Positions 62,496 through 64,000 of a stretch of DNA of 64,000 nt are shown here, piece by piece. This DNA comes from Gammaproteobacteria bacterium (GTDB lineage Bacteria > Pseudomonadota > Gammaproteobacteria > CBDBNL01 > JAAOII01). Both the position numbers and the translations under genes were made by a program. The notes beneath the pieces are model-generated. The model saw nothing but the letters and a program-made list of their open reading frames with translations. It made no database searches and had not been told where the DNA came from. The number at the start of each line of letters is the position of its first letter. Position 1 is the stretch's first letter. Location: positions 1,184,001 through 1,248,000 of the forward strand of contig OZ242372.1 of assembly GCA_965209035.1 (NCBI GenBank), in the 5' to 3' direction.

Positions 62496-63182
62496 ATGAA
62501 GGTTAGAAAAGAAGAGATTGGCAGACATCGTCGCCGCAGCAAGCAACCGCCGAAACGTCGCACGCGGTTCCTGTGGGTATTCTTGCCGTTGATATTAATT
62601 TTATTTTATCTGGCATACGCAGAGCGCGCTCTTTTGGAAACTTATGCGAAACGATTGGAGTCCGGGGTTGCCGGGGTTTTGGGATTGCCGTCGGGTTTTT
62701 TGTCGGGCGATGCGGTTCAAACGGTGAAAGAGGGGCCGGAGCCACTTGTGCCGCAGCATCCTGCGGAATCGCCTGTGCCGCAGCCAAGCCCGGATCTTTG
62801 GACTTTGGAGCAGGGACAGGCACAGGAGAACAAAATAACGGAGCAACAGGAAAAGATCAATTTGTTAACAAAAGAGGTGCGCTATGTCGGTGCTGTGATG
62901 CGTCGGTTGTCCGCTTCGGCGGAGGCATTGCAATCCGGTGCCGCCTCGGAAAGAGCGCGGCTGCGCGGAATCGGAAAAAGGCTGGAAACACTGGATACGA
63001 ATATGCAAGCATTTGGCGAAAAGTCTTTAAACGATCGCGCGGAACTGAACCGAGTGATGGCCGAATTACAACAAGGACTTGCCGTCTTGCTGAGCGATAA
63101 CGATGCCAATAAAAAGCGCTTGGATCAAATTGAAGCGAGTATCAGCAATCTAAATGCCCGGCTCATAGAGTTGGAAAAATAA
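62496..63182 (+). CDS. Membrane-anchored coiled-coil hypothetical protein
   Basis: Basic N-terminus, one TM segment, Pro-rich linker, long heptad-rich C-terminus. Confidence 0.7.
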   Translation: MKVRKEEIGRHRRRSKQPPKRRTRFLWVFLPLILILFYLAYAERALLETYAKRLESGVAGVLGLPSGFLSGDAVQTVKEGPEPLVPQHPAESPVPQPSPDLWTLEQGQAQENKITEQQEKINLLTKEVRYVGAVMRRLSASAEALQSGAASERARLRGIGKRLETLDTNMQAFGEKSLNDRAELNRVMAELQQGLAVLLSDNDANKKRLDQIEASISNLNARLIELEK

Positions 63183-63348
63183 GCAATCCCATCCCATCCA
63201 ATCCCATCCAATCGACGAGACGAGCGGATTTCTTATTCCGCCAGGTGTTTCGCCGTCCTGACGGCTGCCTTGTTAAAACCTTTTATTAAACTTCTTTAAT
63301 TCTTTTTTAAAGCTTTTTAAAAGCTTCTTAAAAGCTTCTTAAAACTTA

Positions 63349-64000
63349 TTAAATGTGCGGTTGCCAGTCTAACTTGTTACGGCATGCGGCATAAAAATCA
63401 TAATTGCACGGATGCACCAATCTGGCGGTTCGCTCGGATACCCGAATATCAATTTTGTCACCGACTTCAACATCCAGGTCTTCCCATCCGTCCGCGTAAA
63501 GGGTGATATCTTTGCCGTCAAGAATGCGGACACTGACAGGACTGTTATAAGGAAGCAACAAGGGGCGATTGCTCAGAGTTTGCGGTGAAATATTCACCAG
63601 TGCAATGACCCGGGACGGGGGGACGATGATCGGTCCGCCCGCGGAAAGAGCATAGGCGGTGCTGCCGTGGGGGGTTGCGGCAATAATGCCGTCCGAATGT
63701 TCGCGATAGACAAACTGATCCTTAACAAACAATTCCAATTTCAGAACCCTTCCGCTGCCGGAGTGAATCACAAGGTCATTAAAAGCCAATCGCTGCCCGA
63801 TGTTGCGGCGGCCGCGCCGCAGCATTCCTTCCAAGAGAATGTGTTCTTCTCTCAGGCACTTGCCGTTCAGAATGGCGGGTAACTGCTCGGCGATGTCGTC
63901 ATGTGCCAAGTCGGTCAGAAAGCCCACCCGACCGCAGTTGACACCCAACAAAGGAAGATTCCGTATGGCGGCGGCCTTGGCAAACCGCAGAAAATTGCCG
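63349..64000 (-). CDS. nadK: NAD kinase (5' end outside window)
   Basis: GVNCGRVGFLT, AFND, DGIIAATPHGSTAYALSAGGP, NKLDW. Confidence 0.95.
   Translation of the reverse strand, partial: GNFLRFAKAAAIRNLPLLGVNCGRVGFLTDLAHDDIAEQLPAILNGKCLREEHILLEGMLRRGRRNIGQRLAFNDLVIHSGSGRVLKLELFVKDQFVYREHSDGIIAATPHGSTAYALSAGGPIIVPPSRVIALVNISPQTLSNRPLLLPYNSPVSVRILDGKDITLYADGWEDLDVEVGDKIDIRVSERTARLVHPCNYDFYAACRNKLDWQPHI

Overview
Chromosomal window of a divergent, probably host-associated (possibly sponge or other marine invertebrate) gammaproteobacterium; the host association is inferred. Housekeeping genes: bioY, polA, thrB, panB, alaS, coaBC, dut, partial nadK, a type II secretion cluster gspCDEFGHIJKLMN, an RND pump, a WecA/MraY-family transferase, an aa3-type cytochrome c oxidase operon and a stand-alone 16S rRNA gene with an expanded V5 helix. 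Accessory content is dominated by surface lipoproteins: a tandem pair (1-3789) and a five-gene tandem array (14561-26199) of thrombospondin-type-3/GLUG-like beta-solenoid adhesins with variable repeat number and mosaic segments, plus a ~953-aa FN3/TSP3/cadherin-like lipoprotein (57908-60769). The C-terminal domain of that lipoprotein matches the motif and cysteine pattern of the animal ephrin receptor-binding domain; this candidate bacterial ephrin mimic is the top finding. All five array genes and the ephrin-like gene sit just behind the right end of one IS481-like element. Also present: a restriction-modification pair bracketed by a 29-bp direct repeat, and repeated tandem duplication of gene 3' ends (4 x 162 bp at polA, degenerate copies at alaS, short stop-codon-seeded arrays). 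All calls are by-eye motif recognition; no database searches were run.
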